Part shown: piece by piece, positions 46,043 through 57,229 of the stretch
Numbering within the stretch: the stretch's first letter is position 1
How the letters are laid out: every line of letters begins with the position of its first letter
Origin: an uncultured Verrucomicrobiae bacterium
GTDB taxonomy: Bacteria > Verrucomicrobiota > Verrucomicrobiia > Limisphaerales > Palsa-1400
Assembly: GCA_963764165.1 (NCBI GenBank)
Contig: CAVXRD010000003.1
Span: 725,858-789,857 of the forward strand
Reading direction: 5' to 3'
DNA: 64,000 nt
Translations under genes and position numbers: made by a program
The notes under the pieces: model-generated
Seen by the model: the letters and a program-made list of their open reading frames with translations, nothing else
The model's database searches: none
Told to the model about the DNA's origin: nothing

Positions 46043-47242
46043 TCACGCGGATAGAAATTCAGCCACCGGCGCGAGAGCCGGAACGCGGCTGCAAATGACA
46101 TTGATGGATACCAGCACCGGCATCGCCAGCAGCGTGCCGAGAACCCCCCACAGCCAGGTGCAGAACATCAGCATCACAAAAATCACGAACGCGCTCATTT
46201 TGAAGCGCCGCCCCAGCAGTATGGGCGTAATCAAATCCGCTTCCAACACATGCCAGACCAAGTAAGCCGCCCCTGGCAGCAATCCCCTGCCCATGGTATC
46301 AAAGGCCAGCAGCCCTGCGCCCGTGACGATGGCGATTCCCACAATCGGGCCAAAGTAAGGAACAAAATTCGCCAGCGCCGCCGCCACGCCCCACATCGCC
46401 GCATTGGGCATGCCGACAATGTGCAATGAAATTCCCACCACCGTTCCGAGCACAATATTGATCAGGCTTACGGAGAAGAGGTAGGTGGAAATGCTGCGCT
46501 GCACCTCCCGGCCGATTTCCGTGGCGCTCGCCCGGCTGGTGGGCATCACGGCAGCGCATTTCTCGATAAAACGGTCTCCGGAGGCCAGCAAGAGAAACAA
46601 GAGAACAGTCGTTTCTACAATTCCAAAAAGCACGCTGCCCGTCCAAGTGAACAACGTGCCCGCGATTTCCGTGGCTCCAGTTGGAGCGGGAGCTGGCGCG
46701 GGTGCTGCCGCCGGGGCGTTCGTAGACTTGGGACCGGCCGCAATTTCGGACGGCGGCGCGTGGGGCTGCGGCTCATTCTGCCCGGGTGGATGCCCTCGTT
46801 CCTCCGCGACAGTTCCCAAGCCGTAGATCGCCGTGGTCATCCGCGAAATCGGTTTGAAAATGTGCTGGTACTTGTCTTTCAAACGAGGCAGCGTCTCCGG
46901 CGCCGTCTTCACCCACTCCGCCACTGGCCGCTCGAGATGAATCAATCCGAAGGCAATGCAAGAAAACAAAATCCCAATGACCAGAGCGGCCCCGGCAGGG
47001 CCCGGAACGCCATGCTGGCGCAGCCACGCCACCGGCGGCTTGAGCGCCATCCAGCCCACCATCGCGAGCAGCACCGGCAGCACCACCGAGCGCGCGCAAT
47101 AAAATAGCAGCAGGACGCCCGCGGAGCTGATGATCAACCGGGTGAATTGCGCCAGAATCGGCCCGGTGGACCTCGGGCCTTGCGGCCGGCTCCGATGGCC
47201 TCCGCGAGGATTCACGTGAGATTGGGATTCCCTGGAGCGCAT
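46043..47242 (-). CDS. AI-2E family transporter
   Basis: ANFVPYFGP, LITPILLGR, WLWG..G.LLAMP. Confidence 0.9.
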   Translation of the reverse strand: MRSRESQSHVNPRGGHRSRPQGPRSTGPILAQFTRLIISSAGVLLLFYCARSVVLPVLLAMVGWMALKPPVAWLRQHGVPGPAGAALVIGILFSCIAFGLIHLERPVAEWVKTAPETLPRLKDKYQHIFKPISRMTTAIYGLGTVAEERGHPPGQNEPQPHAPPSEIAAGPKSTNAPAAAPAPAPAPTGATEIAGTLFTWTGSVLFGIVETTVLLFLLLASGDRFIEKCAAVMPTSRASATEIGREVQRSISTYLFSVSLINIVLGTVVGISLHIVGMPNAAMWGVAAALANFVPYFGPIVGIAIVTGAGLLAFDTMGRGLLPGAAYLVWHVLEADLITPILLGRRFKMSAFVIFVMLMFCTWLWGVLGTLLAMPVLVSINVICSRVPALAPVAEFLSA

Positions 47243-47355
47243 TCGGCATTGGGGACCGGATAGGGGTTGCCTGAGAGCGCGGCTTGCGGCGGGAATTCGC
47301 CCTTTCGCCCCCCCAGGAATTTAATCGCGGCATGCATGAGGACGCGCTCTTCCAT

Positions 47356-47502
47356 TTAAACCCGGCGCCCTTGAATCAATCGCACAAGGATCAGCACCAC
47401 CGCAACAACCAACAAAATATGTATGAATCCTCCCATCGTGTACGAAGACACGAATCCCAGAAGCCACATGATGATCAGAACTAACGCTAGGGTGTACAGC
47501 AT
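47356..47502 (-). CDS. lmo0937-family small membrane protein
   Basis: MLYTLALVLIIMWLLGFVSSYTMGGFIHILLVVAVVLILVRLIQGRRV (below the ORF-track cutoff). Confidence 0.88.
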   Translation of the reverse strand: MLYTLALVLIIMWLLGFVSSYTMGGFIHILLVVAVVLILVRLIQGRRV

Positions 47503-47535
47503 AGCTTTTTGGCGAATGGCATGTCCTCACGAGAA

Positions 47536-48156
47536 TCATTGCGGGGATGTTCTCACTGCCGTGGGCACGGTGTTCGTCGCGCGCGGCTGAGTGTTGGCTG
47601 GCGCCGCCTTTTTGCTCGTGTAAGGATAATAATTGGGGGGCCCGTAACCATACGAACGGACCAACCCGGGAGGCCCATAAATATCGGGATCGGCCGGCGG
47701 CGGACCATGGGGGCCGGCTCCTGGGGCCGCCGGCTGCCCCACGCCTGGGGCGGAAGGGAAGTTTCCGGCATTCGGCGCCGGAGATGGGGTAGGCTTCGCA
47801 ATTCCCGAATTCGCGGGCTGAATCGGCAATCGTGCGCCGGGCTTTGCCAAGGGGGCAGCACTTCCCGGCTTGAGCGGCGTCGCAGGAAGGATGGGAGCCG
47901 CCACGGATGATCGAGGAGCCGCCGGGGCCGGACCCGCGGCGGGTGCCGCAGTGGCAGCCGCGGCGGACGGAGCAACGGGCGCTGACTGGGCTGGCGTCAC
48001 CGGCTTTGTTGCGGGCGCAGAACTTGCCACAGGAGCGGAATTGGCAGCGGGGGCGGACTTCGCGCGGGGCGCGGGATTGGCAGACGGAGCGCTTTGCCCC
48101 TGTGCCGACAACATGCCAGCCGCCGCCAAAATCGAAATGGGTAACCAAGCTTTCAT
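47536..48156 (-). CDS. Pro/Ala-rich secreted protein
   Basis: Signal peptide MKAWLPISILAAAGMLSAQG, low-complexity body. Confidence 0.65.
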   Translation of the reverse strand: MKAWLPISILAAAGMLSAQGQSAPSANPAPRAKSAPAANSAPVASSAPATKPVTPAQSAPVAPSAAAATAAPAAGPAPAAPRSSVAAPILPATPLKPGSAAPLAKPGARLPIQPANSGIAKPTPSPAPNAGNFPSAPGVGQPAAPGAGPHGPPPADPDIYGPPGLVRSYGYGPPNYYPYTSKKAAPANTQPRATNTVPTAVRTSPQ

Positions 48157-48305
48157 AGCTCTATTCAAGCAACTCGGGTGCCGTGCGCCTCTCCCAGCAC
48201 GAGTCCGGTTCCACGCATATGCGAACTGCATCGTTGGATGAAGGGTGATTGCATTTTGCAAACCGTCTTTCAGGGTCGCCCTCATAGACAACAGCCATTG
48301 GGCTC

Positions 48306-48321
48306 TGGCATGACGTTAGCT
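48306..48321 (+). promoter_or_regulatory. sigma54 -24/-12 motif
   Basis: TGGCATGACGTTAGCT (GG-N10-GC) about 70 nt before ATG 48389. Confidence 0.55.
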
Positions 48322-48388
48322 AAAGACGACGGACCCTCCGTCTTAAAGGAGTGGGGATACCGTCGAGTAAATTAAGTAATGAAATGCT

Positions 48389-48940
48389 ATGAATAAATAC
48401 ACAAATGCAGTGATCGGACTCATCGCACTCGGAGCCTCCGCTTCGGTGATGGCTCAAGACATGACCGCGACAAACGTTCCGCCATCTGATTGGAAGCCCC
48501 TCTATCATGGCAACGAGCTCTCCCTTGACCTTTTTGGCATGGGTACAGTCGGCCAATACACGCTCGATCACCTTACCGGCGACCGCTTCGTTCATCATGT
48601 CCGCCTTGGAGCGGGCGCGGGCGGAAATTATTTCATCAATAGGTATTTTGGGGTGGGAGTTGAAGCCTTCTCTGAAAGCACCCATCATTCGACCGTCGAT
48701 GACTTGGAAGGCGACCTGATTGGCCGCTTCCCAATTCCCAATACCTGCATCGCGCCTTACGGATTCCTCGGCGGAGGCCGCGAATGGGAACCGTGGCTCC
48801 AATGGGAAGGCCATGTCGGCGTGGGTGTTGAATTTCGGGTCGTCCGTCATTTCAGTGTTTTCGTGGACGGCCGTTATGCTTTCACGGAATACTCACCCAA
48901 CTACGGCATGGGCCGGGCTGGCATTCGCCTTAGCTTCTAG
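48389..48940 (+). CDS. Outer-membrane beta-barrel protein
   Basis: Signal peptide, amphipathic strands, C-terminal RLSF. Confidence 0.85.
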   Translation: MNKYTNAVIGLIALGASASVMAQDMTATNVPPSDWKPLYHGNELSLDLFGMGTVGQYTLDHLTGDRFVHHVRLGAGAGGNYFINRYFGVGVEAFSESTHHSTVDDLEGDLIGRFPIPNTCIAPYGFLGGGREWEPWLQWEGHVGVGVEFRVVRHFSVFVDGRYAFTEYSPNYGMGRAGIRLSF

Positions 48941-48991
48941 AATCGCGCCGGGCACCTTTGATTGCGCTGTTAACTGCCAACGAAACAAGCT

Positions 48992-49504
48992 ATGAGTCAC
49001 CTGCACGATTGCTTCCTGCTCGAACTTGCGGACATCTATGATGCCGAGAAGCAGCTTACCAAGGCATTGTTAAAGATGGCTGAAGCCGCCGAGCATGAGG
49101 AGCTGAAAGAAGCCTTCGCGGCCCACCACGCGCAAACAGAAGACCACGTGCGCAGGCTGGAGGAAGTCTTCGACATCCTCGGTGAGAAACGGCCCTCGCA
49201 GAAATGCAGGGCGATGCAGAGCCTCATTGAAGAAGCTATTGAGCGCATTGCCGATGAACTCGGCGACCCGTGTTTGATCTGCGCGGCGCAGAAGATAGAG
49301 CACTATGAAATTGCCGCCTACGGCTGCCTGCACAGCTGGGCCAAGCAGTTGGACAATGACGAGGCCGCAAATCTTCTCGAGGAAACCCTGGACGAAGAAA
49401 GCGACACCGACGAGCATCTAACCTCGCTTGCCATGCAGATCGTCAACCTTGATGCCCATGAAGACGACGAGGAAGTTGGCAAGGGCGAGGGAGATGGCGA
49501 ATAG
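48992..49504 (+). CDS. Ferritin-like YciF/DUF892 protein
   Basis: ELADIYDAEKQL, AAQKIEHYEIAAYG. Confidence 0.93.
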   Translation: MSHLHDCFLLELADIYDAEKQLTKALLKMAEAAEHEELKEAFAAHHAQTEDHVRRLEEVFDILGEKRPSQKCRAMQSLIEEAIERIADELGDPCLICAAQKIEHYEIAAYGCLHSWAKQLDNDEAANLLEETLDEESDTDEHLTSLAMQIVNLDAHEDDEEVGKGEGDGE

Positions 49505-49969
49505 CTAAAGCTCTCAGACCTCCACATGGGGCAGCGCGAGAAATTGCGCTGCCCTTTTTCATTAAAACAACGGGCCAAAATCTAATGGCCCGCAAAGTTC
49601 GTCGTAATTCCTGACAAAATTCCCATTTGCCCTCCGGGTGAATGTCCGACACGAGAGGTTTCCGTAATGTTTATTTGACACGTTCCATGCTTTTTTAGTC
49701 AACTAAATAGAAGCAATTCCACATAGGCGGCTCAGGCAATGCCCTGATGCTCCGATGGGACTGGCAAACGACTCTGCGGTAGGCGGTTTTGCGCTTTCCG
49801 CCTGAGCCTTTCTTCCGTGTCCATGAACAGGCTTCGCTCCTATTGCGGCTGGCCGCAGACAGGCGAAGCTATAGGCAAGAAGATCGGACCGGGTAGGAAC
49901 CCGGTCAAGGCCGAAAGGCCAGAATAAAAGCAAGTGTTAGTAAAACTGTTAGTAATGAAAGGCCAGCAT

Positions 49970-50578
49970 ATGAAAAATTCAAACATTGTCAAAGTTACCG
50001 CGTGCGTTGCCACACTTTGTGTGGCCTCCGCAGGCAGTGTCGCCGTGGCGGATACGACCACGAACACCACCACAACCCAGGCCACCCAAGTGGTGGCCAA
50101 GACCAGCACGCTGGTTGGAACCAAGGTTGAGAATCAGCAAGGCCAGTGCCTTGGCCGCATCAGCGACATTGTTGTTGATTTCAACAACAATCAGGTGTCC
50201 TACTGCGTCTTGAGCGTGAAGCATGGCTTCTTTGCCAAGACCCGCTACATTCCAGTCCCGCTGGCGGCTTTCCAGCCCGGCGCCTCTGGGAACACCCTGA
50301 TCCTCAACGCCAGCAAGGCGAATTTGGCCCAAGCCCGCGGATATGAGAATGGCCAATGGCCGTCCTCGATCACCCCGGCCTGGGGCGCTGAACCGGCCCC
50401 GACCGTCGAGCTTCCCCCTGTGGAAGTCTTCGGGCCGGAGTACATTCCCACGTCTATACCGGTCACGATCACTCACTACGGCGATCCCGTAGATGGTCCA
50501 ATGCCTCAGCCCCGGACCGCCTCGAACGCGATTGACGAAATGACGGACGGAGTCTACAACGGCTTCCCGGTGCGCTAA
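49970..50578 (+). CDS. Secreted PRC-barrel protein
   Basis: STLVGTKVENQQG..LGRISDIVVD..YCVLS..IPVP. Confidence 0.85.
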   Translation: MKNSNIVKVTACVATLCVASAGSVAVADTTTNTTTTQATQVVAKTSTLVGTKVENQQGQCLGRISDIVVDFNNNQVSYCVLSVKHGFFAKTRYIPVPLAAFQPGASGNTLILNASKANLAQARGYENGQWPSSITPAWGAEPAPTVELPPVEVFGPEYIPTSIPVTITHYGDPVDGPMPQPRTASNAIDEMTDGVYNGFPVR

Positions 50579-50782
50579 GAAGATTGACCTCTGGCGAACC
50601 TGCTTGGGTTCGCCAGGAGGGCTGGCAAGGCCTGGCAGAACGAGTTCTGCCAGGTCGCTTGCTTTTGCACAAGGGCGCGCCACCTGCTTTTTGACAGTGG
50701 GGTGAAGTCTCCATAAGACACCCCTTGAAATTGCGCTTACCTTTCAACGCAATTCGCAGGCAGGGCCTGCGAATGCCAAGGT

Positions 50783-51421
50783 ATGATTTCATCGCGAAAA
50801 AATCTCTCTGCCCTGCTGGTGGCCGCCGCCGCGGCCACCCTGCCAGGTTGCGTTCAAACCAACATGACAAATCCTCCCCGCTCCGCCACAGAACAATTGC
50901 TTTTGAGCACTTCGGTGGACCGGGCCATGCAATCGCCAGAACTCATCAACTTCGCGGGCAAGAAGGTGTTCGTGGATACAACCTACTTTGATAGTTATGA
51001 TTCCAAAAATGCTATCGGCACCATTAGAGATGCCGTCAATAGTTCAGGGGCATTTCTTGTGTCAAATGCGGCCGGCGCCGATTATGTCATCGAGGCCCGC
51101 GCGGGCGCGCTTTCGATTGACTACACGTCTGACTTGATTGGCATGCCTAATAGCGGACTTCCCATTCCCCTGGCGGGAACGCTTGCTATTCCTGAAATAG
51201 CTCTCTATAAGACAGAGTCGCAATATGCGCTGGCGAAGATATCACTCCTGGCTTACTCGCGGACCAATGGTGAGCACTTCTATTCCAGCGGCCCTTTGAT
51301 CGGCAAGTCCTACAACAAATATTTCAAGCTCCTCGGGATTATTACCTGGACTCGCACCGATTTGCCCGAAAAGAAGCGCCAAAAACACGAAAAAGCGGAT
51401 AAGCAGCCTCCCACGAAATAG
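50783..51421 (+). CDS. Lipoprotein (DUF6655-like)
   Basis: Lipobox LPGC; RSATEQLLLS. Confidence 0.75.
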   Translation: MISSRKNLSALLVAAAAATLPGCVQTNMTNPPRSATEQLLLSTSVDRAMQSPELINFAGKKVFVDTTYFDSYDSKNAIGTIRDAVNSSGAFLVSNAAGADYVIEARAGALSIDYTSDLIGMPNSGLPIPLAGTLAIPEIALYKTESQYALAKISLLAYSRTNGEHFYSSGPLIGKSYNKYFKLLGIITWTRTDLPEKKRQKHEKADKQPPTK

Positions 51422-51425
51422 CGAT

Positions 51426-52361
51426 TTACTTCGGGCCGGGCTGGCCCGAAAGCAGCCCGTGGAGAATGATCGCCGCGCCGATGATCGGCAGCGGAATGAA
51501 AGCAAGCCGGATGCGAACGCCCGTCAAGTATTGCGTCAATGTCGCTCCAATTTGCGCCCCAATCGCGCCCCCGGTGTGCATGATCAAGGCGATCATGATG
51601 TCCACGTTCCCTTTGAAGGCGTGGCTCAGCGTTCCATAGCTGGCCGAGATGATGATCTCAAACAGATCGGTGCCTATGGCGACATGAGTCGGCACTCCCA
51701 AGAGATAGACCATCGCCGGCATGCGGATGTAGCCTGCCCCGCCGCCAAGAAATCCGCTAAAGAATCCGCCGGCGAGTGAAACGAGAATGATGGGCCAAAT
51801 GGAAATTCGCTTAAGGCCAGACGCCGGCAAATCAATGTGTGGCGGCAAATCGAGCGCCTGGACGATTCGGGAAATATTGCGAAAAGCGGAGACATCTTTT
51901 CTTGTCAGCAATTGCGGGCCCGCTTTGCCCTGCCGTTTTTCCGCGCGCTGCATTTGCAGGGTTCGCCAGCATTCCCAGCCCATAAAAGCGGAGATCGAAA
52001 TGAGCAGCACCATGAAACTGATGCCGACCACCGAATCGATGTGCTTGTTCTTTTTAAGATGCTGAATGAGCTGCGCGCCCAATTCCGCGCCGCCGATGGT
52101 TCCAAAAACCATCACTCCGGCCAGCTTCAGGTCGATGTTGCCAAGCGTCCCGTGTTTGCGCGCCGCGACAATGGATTTTCCGACGATGTGAGCGAGGTCG
52201 GTTCCGACGACAAAATTCATCGGCACGCCAAATCCGAACAAGGCCGGCCCCGCCAAAAAGCTGCCGCCGACTCCGAAGAACCCGCCGCACAAGCCAACGA
52301 CAAACCCCATCGCTGCCAGCAGGAGGGGGTTGATATGCGTATGGGAGATGGGGAAATCCAT
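51426..52361 (-). CDS. TauE/SafE sulfite-exporter family protein
   Basis: GGFFGVGGSF, GTDL, GFLGGGAGYI.MP. Confidence 0.92.
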   Translation of the reverse strand: MDFPISHTHINPLLLAAMGFVVGLCGGFFGVGGSFLAGPALFGFGVPMNFVVGTDLAHIVGKSIVAARKHGTLGNIDLKLAGVMVFGTIGGAELGAQLIQHLKKNKHIDSVVGISFMVLLISISAFMGWECWRTLQMQRAEKRQGKAGPQLLTRKDVSAFRNISRIVQALDLPPHIDLPASGLKRISIWPIILVSLAGGFFSGFLGGGAGYIRMPAMVYLLGVPTHVAIGTDLFEIIISASYGTLSHAFKGNVDIMIALIMHTGGAIGAQIGATLTQYLTGVRIRLAFIPLPIIGAAIILHGLLSGQPGPK

Positions 52362-52616
52362 TTATCGGCTGCCTTTGCCTCGGATCAATCCCAGCAGCGA
52401 CCGCGCGAGAAGCTCCAGAACGAACCCCTGTCCAACAATGAGCCCCAATGCGACCGCCGCATACCATTTCCGCTGTTCGTGAAACAGATGAGTCAGCCAG
52501 GGCGTCAGAAAATGCAGCACAAACACGACGTAGGCTGTCATTAGCACAGCGAAAACCGGCAGTTCAATGGTAAACGCCTTGAGAACCTCTCTCAGGCTTT
52601 GCTTTTTGGGAGTCAC
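52362..52616 (-). CDS. Small membrane protein upstream of TauE
   Basis: Two hydrophobic helices; abuts the TauE start; likely GTG start at 52616. Confidence 0.6.
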   Translation of the reverse strand: MTPKKQSLREVLKAFTIELPVFAVLMTAYVVFVLHFLTPWLTHLFHEQRKWYAAVALGLIVGQGFVLELLARSLLGLIRGKGSR

Positions 52617-52658
52617 TTTCGTAAAATTTCGTCGGTTCGCCGCTCGCGTTGCCGTCCA

Positions 52659-52809
52659 AGCCAATCCCGTGCCACGGGCACTGCGTCGGTTGCGACTTGA
52701 TACCACGAATCCGCGCGATTGCAAATCGCCCAATTTTTTCGCAAAACGCTGGTCGCTGGCTTCGATTTCCTGGCATCTGCCTCGGAAGCTTATTGGCACG
52801 GTAACGGCT
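52659..52809. promoter_or_regulatory. Divergent sigma54 motifs
   Basis: Minus strand TGGCACGGGATTGGCT (52659-52674); plus strand TGGCACGGTAACGGCT (52794-52809). Confidence 0.55.
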
Positions 52810-52826
52810 AAGGCATTCAGGAAGGT

Positions 52827-53735
52827 ATGCTTTCCGCCGAGATCAAGGATTATGGGAAATTATTCAAGGACACCTTTTCAGCGTGGTCCGCAAGCAAAAC
52901 ACCGCGCCTGGGCGCCTCCCTGGCTTATTACACTATTTTCGCCGTAGCGCCGTTGATGCTGATTGTCATGACCGTCGCGGGTATGCTTTTCGGCAAGGCG
53001 GCGGCCCAAAGAGAGTTGTTCGGCCAGCTCAATGGATTGGTCGGGCACGACGGCAGCCAAGCCATTCAAACCTTGGTGGCAGCCGCGAATAGACCGCAGG
53101 CCGGACTGTGGGCGAGCATTGGCGCCTTGAGCACCTTCGCGCTGGGTGTCACGGCTGTCTTCGTTGAACTTCAAGACGCGCTCAACACAATTTGGGGCGT
53201 GAAACGGGAATCGGGGCACGGAGTGCGCGATTTCATCAAGGATCGTCTCATTTCGTTCACCATGATTCTCGGAATTGGCTTCCTGCTGATGGTTTCGCTC
53301 GTGCTCAATGCGGTGCTGGCAGCCCTCGGGCATTTTGCCTCCGGCTTGCTGCCTGAGGAGCGATTCTTTCTCGGGACCCTCAACTTCTTTCTTTCACTCG
53401 GCGTGATCACCCTCCTTTTCGCCATGATTTTCAAGATTCTGCCGGATGTCAAAATCGCCTGGGGCGATGTTTGGGTGGGAGCATTCGTAACAGGTCTTTT
53501 GTTCAATTTCGGAAAGTTTCTGATCGGTTATTACCTTGGGCGAAGCAGCATGGTGTCCATTTATGGCGCGGCGGGCTCGTTCATCATTCTCCTCACCTGG
53601 GTCTATTACTCGGCGCAAATTCTCTTTTTTGGGGCGGAGTTCACCCGGCTGCATGCTGTCAAACATGCCAAAGAGCGCGGTGAGCCCGCCGCCTCGCCGC
53701 TGCCCGATTTCAAGCGGGCGCGATTTAGCCATTGA
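52827..53735 (+). CDS. YihY/BrkB family membrane protein
   Basis: GASLAYYTIF, LNTIW, IYGAAGS..LTWVYYSAQILFFGAEF. Confidence 0.93.
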   Translation: MLSAEIKDYGKLFKDTFSAWSASKTPRLGASLAYYTIFAVAPLMLIVMTVAGMLFGKAAAQRELFGQLNGLVGHDGSQAIQTLVAAANRPQAGLWASIGALSTFALGVTAVFVELQDALNTIWGVKRESGHGVRDFIKDRLISFTMILGIGFLLMVSLVLNAVLAALGHFASGLLPEERFFLGTLNFFLSLGVITLLFAMIFKILPDVKIAWGDVWVGAFVTGLLFNFGKFLIGYYLGRSSMVSIYGAAGSFIILLTWVYYSAQILFFGAEFTRLHAVKHAKERGEPAASPLPDFKRARFSH

Positions 53736-53801
53736 CACCCCCCCGCGCGGGCAATGACATAATCGTGGCCATACGATTATGCAACATCAGCAAGTATTCC
53801 T

Positions 53802-54452
53802 GTGTCAGACGCCCCGCTCGCAGATGTGAGGCCCCTGCCCCGGTCATTTTACGAACCGTCGGCGGATGCGGTCGCTTCTTTGCTGCTGGGGCATTGGCTC
53901 GTGCGCAATCTTCCGTCCGGCCCGTGCGGCGGACCGATCGTGGAGACGGAAGCCTATCTGGTGGATGATCCCGCGTCGCACGGCTTTGGCGGCGAGCGCA
54001 AACGAAATCGCTCAATGTACGGCCCGCCTGGTTACGCCTACGTCTACCTCATTTATGGATTTCATTATTGCGTCAACGCCGTGTGCCGCCCGGCGGGATG
54101 CGCGGAGGCCATTTTGATTCGCGCCTTGGAGCCGGAATTTGGCATGGACGCAATGCGAAAACATCGTGTCGCGCCGGCAGAGGCCGGCCTGACGAACGGG
54201 CCCGGAAAACTTTGCGCGGCGCTGAAGATAAATCGCGAATTGGATGGCGCGGATTTGTGCGATGCAGCGTCACCGGTGTTCATCGCGAGGAACCCGGAGG
54301 CGGCGAAGTTTCGCAAGGAGCGCGGGCCGGTCGCCGCTTCAGTCCGCATTGGAATCACGAAGGCGGCTGAAAGGCCGCTGCGATTTTACCTGGAAGGCAG
54401 CGCGTTTATTTCGCGGCGGGCGCGTTCAAGCGCGGCGCCATCCAGCGAATAA
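53802..54452 (+). CDS. mpg: 3-methyladenine DNA glycosylase
   Basis: IVETEAY, DPASH, AYVYLIYG.HYC.N, GPGKLC, RIGI. Confidence 0.95.
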   Translation: MSDAPLADVRPLPRSFYEPSADAVASLLLGHWLVRNLPSGPCGGPIVETEAYLVDDPASHGFGGERKRNRSMYGPPGYAYVYLIYGFHYCVNAVCRPAGCAEAILIRALEPEFGMDAMRKHRVAPAEAGLTNGPGKLCAALKINRELDGADLCDAASPVFIARNPEAAKFRKERGPVAASVRIGITKAAERPLRFYLEGSAFISRRARSSAAPSSE

Positions 54453-55359
54453 TCCGGCCGTTCAATCCCGGCGAGACGAGAACACTGAGGTGGCCGTGTT
54501 TCATGCGCCAGATTTCAGGTTGGCCCCAGGCCTTCCAAAGCTCCTCCATCGTGGCGGGAGGCACAAACATGTCGTAAATGGATTCGATCAGCAGAATGTT
54601 CTTGCCCGGAATTGCGGGCTGATTTTCTGTCAAGTTTAATTTCCCGACGGTGATCTTCCGGCCTCCCCAGGCGGGACGCAGGCTTTCGCAAAACGGAACT
54701 TCTCCCACCAATTTGTCCAGCCGCGCCACCGGCTCGAGCAGCACGGCGCAATCGAAGCCGGGATCATTGCAAATCGTCAGACCGCCCAGCCAGCCTCCCA
54801 GCGAAATTCCCATTAATCCCACCGCTGGGCAGCCACTGCGCCTCAGCCAGCGCGCGCAGGCCCGAGTTTCGGCGATGGCCTGGCGAATGGCCTGGGCTGT
54901 CCGCAAAATGTCGGGGCTCAAAAAATTGCTCGCCGCTCCCAATTCGCGCGGCCGCCGTTGAAAATGAAACGGCGCCTCTAGCGTGACGGCGTTAAATCCG
55001 TGCATGTTAATCTGCCGCGCAAAGATCGGATAGCGGCAGTAGTGGTTGATAATGTCGTTCCAGCCGTGCGACAGGATGATCGCGGGCTTCTCATGCCAGC
55101 GTTCGCCGCAGCGATACAATCGCCCGAGGACGCGATTATTTTTCTCCCACGGAGTCAGGTGAGGCGTGTCGAACTGGAATCGATTTCCTCCCAGAAATTC
55201 AACCCGCGCTGGTTCAACTTCCGCGGGCGTGAAATCCGGACTCGAAATCAACTCCATCGCTTCCGCAAGATGGCCACCGCCGCCATCCGGCTTTGGCATC
55301 CTCGACGCGGCGGCGCGAATGGCGGTTTCATCAAGAAATCTGGCCAGGGCCTCCCTCAT
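54406..55359 (-). CDS. Alpha/beta hydrolase
   Basis: HGWN, GISLGG nucleophile elbow, D..VP, HGH. Confidence 0.85.
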   Translation of the reverse strand: MREALARFLDETAIRAAASRMPKPDGGGGHLAEAMELISSPDFTPAEVEPARVEFLGGNRFQFDTPHLTPWEKNNRVLGRLYRCGERWHEKPAIILSHGWNDIINHYCRYPIFARQINMHGFNAVTLEAPFHFQRRPRELGAASNFLSPDILRTAQAIRQAIAETRACARWLRRSGCPAVGLMGISLGGWLGGLTICNDPGFDCAVLLEPVARLDKLVGEVPFCESLRPAWGGRKITVGKLNLTENQPAIPGKNILLIESIYDMFVPPATMEELWKAWGQPEIWRMKHGHLSVLVSPGLNGRIIRWMAPRLNAPAAK

Positions 55360-55446
55360 GCGAGGCCCCCCATGTTTTCAGGGGCGCATTTTAGTTTTTG
55401 CGACGGCGGTCTTCTGCAAAAAGCTCCGCAGCTCGGCAAGTGATCG

Positions 55447-55600
55447 CTCTCTCCCCGCCAAGCTTGGCGGGGAGAGAGAAGGAGAGAGGGGCAACCCATT
55501 AAAACTGGGCGAGGCGAGGCGCATTGAGGGTCGATGGATTTCAGTCGTTTCCTAGCCGCCCCTCTCCCTAACCCTCTCCCCGCTGCGCAGGGCGAGGGAA
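55447..55600. repeat. CCCTCTCCC-type REP pair
   Basis: Perfect palindrome CTCTCTCCCCGCCAAGCTTGGCGGGGAGAGAG plus a partner CCCTCTCCCTAACCCTCTCCCC. Confidence 0.7.
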
Positions 55601-55639
55601 TCCGCATTTCGCCGGCAAGGGATTGCCAAAAAGTGAGAT

Positions 55640-55826
55640 GCGTTCCTCTGCGCACTCATCTTCTCTGCGCGAAAGTTCTTTCCCGTTTGGGTGGGCATCG
55701 ACGATGCGCTTCGGTTTCATAGTGGCAAGAAACACCATTGCGCTAAGAGGCGCGGAGAACACAGAGTTTCATCGCCGAAATGAACCAGATTTGACACTGC
55801 TATTCCACCGAAATCGTCGAAGAACC
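55640..55826 (-). repeat. Diverged repeat copy A (GxxExxY-remnant-like)
   Basis: Homologous to 59598-59818 in the opposite orientation. Confidence 0.7.
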
Positions 55827-56075
55827 TCGTGGGGTCCGATGGACAAGCTTGCGCGAGCGCCAGTGTGGAAAAAACCAAAAGGCATGGGGTGCGGCAAAGA
55901 GTGCGGGGTTAGTTTGTTGATCGGGCCGGTTAGTCATGCCGTCGGTCTCTTTGCCGTCCCCCAATTGAGCGGCCAGTTTGTCGTCCGCGCCCAAGACAGT
56001 CACGCGGCTGGCCAAATTCGGGATAAAAGAAAATCCATCCTGTTGAAAAAAGCAACATGGCAGCCGCAAAGGACT
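55800..56075 (-). pseudogene. C-terminal fragment of an NHL-repeat-like protein
   Basis: LRLPC..IPNLASRVTVL..QLGD..FAAPHA, no plausible full gene. Confidence 0.4.
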
Positions 56076-56258
56076 TAAAATATCTCTCGTGCGATTGAGA
56101 AAGAGATGGCCGCTCATGTTGGTTTCAGCTTCCAAGCGATATTGGTTTTATACGACCGGTTTTCTTTTCTCGCAACCTTTTTTGCGAAAGCACCCACAAA
56201 AAAGCTGCGTGCCCATGCAAGCAAAGCTCACACCAAAAATATCAACGAGCCAACCCTG

Positions 56259-57140
<882 letters not shown>

Positions 57141-57229
57141 CGGGTGAGGACCGGCAGACGAAAATTGCATATGCATTTCACACAAAAGGTACGCTTTTCC
57201 CTGCCAAACGCCAGCGGCGAACACTTGTC

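Noticed and set aside
49740..49770. CTGATG as a hammerhead ribozyme core
   Set aside because: Lacks CUGANGA and a properly placed GAAA.
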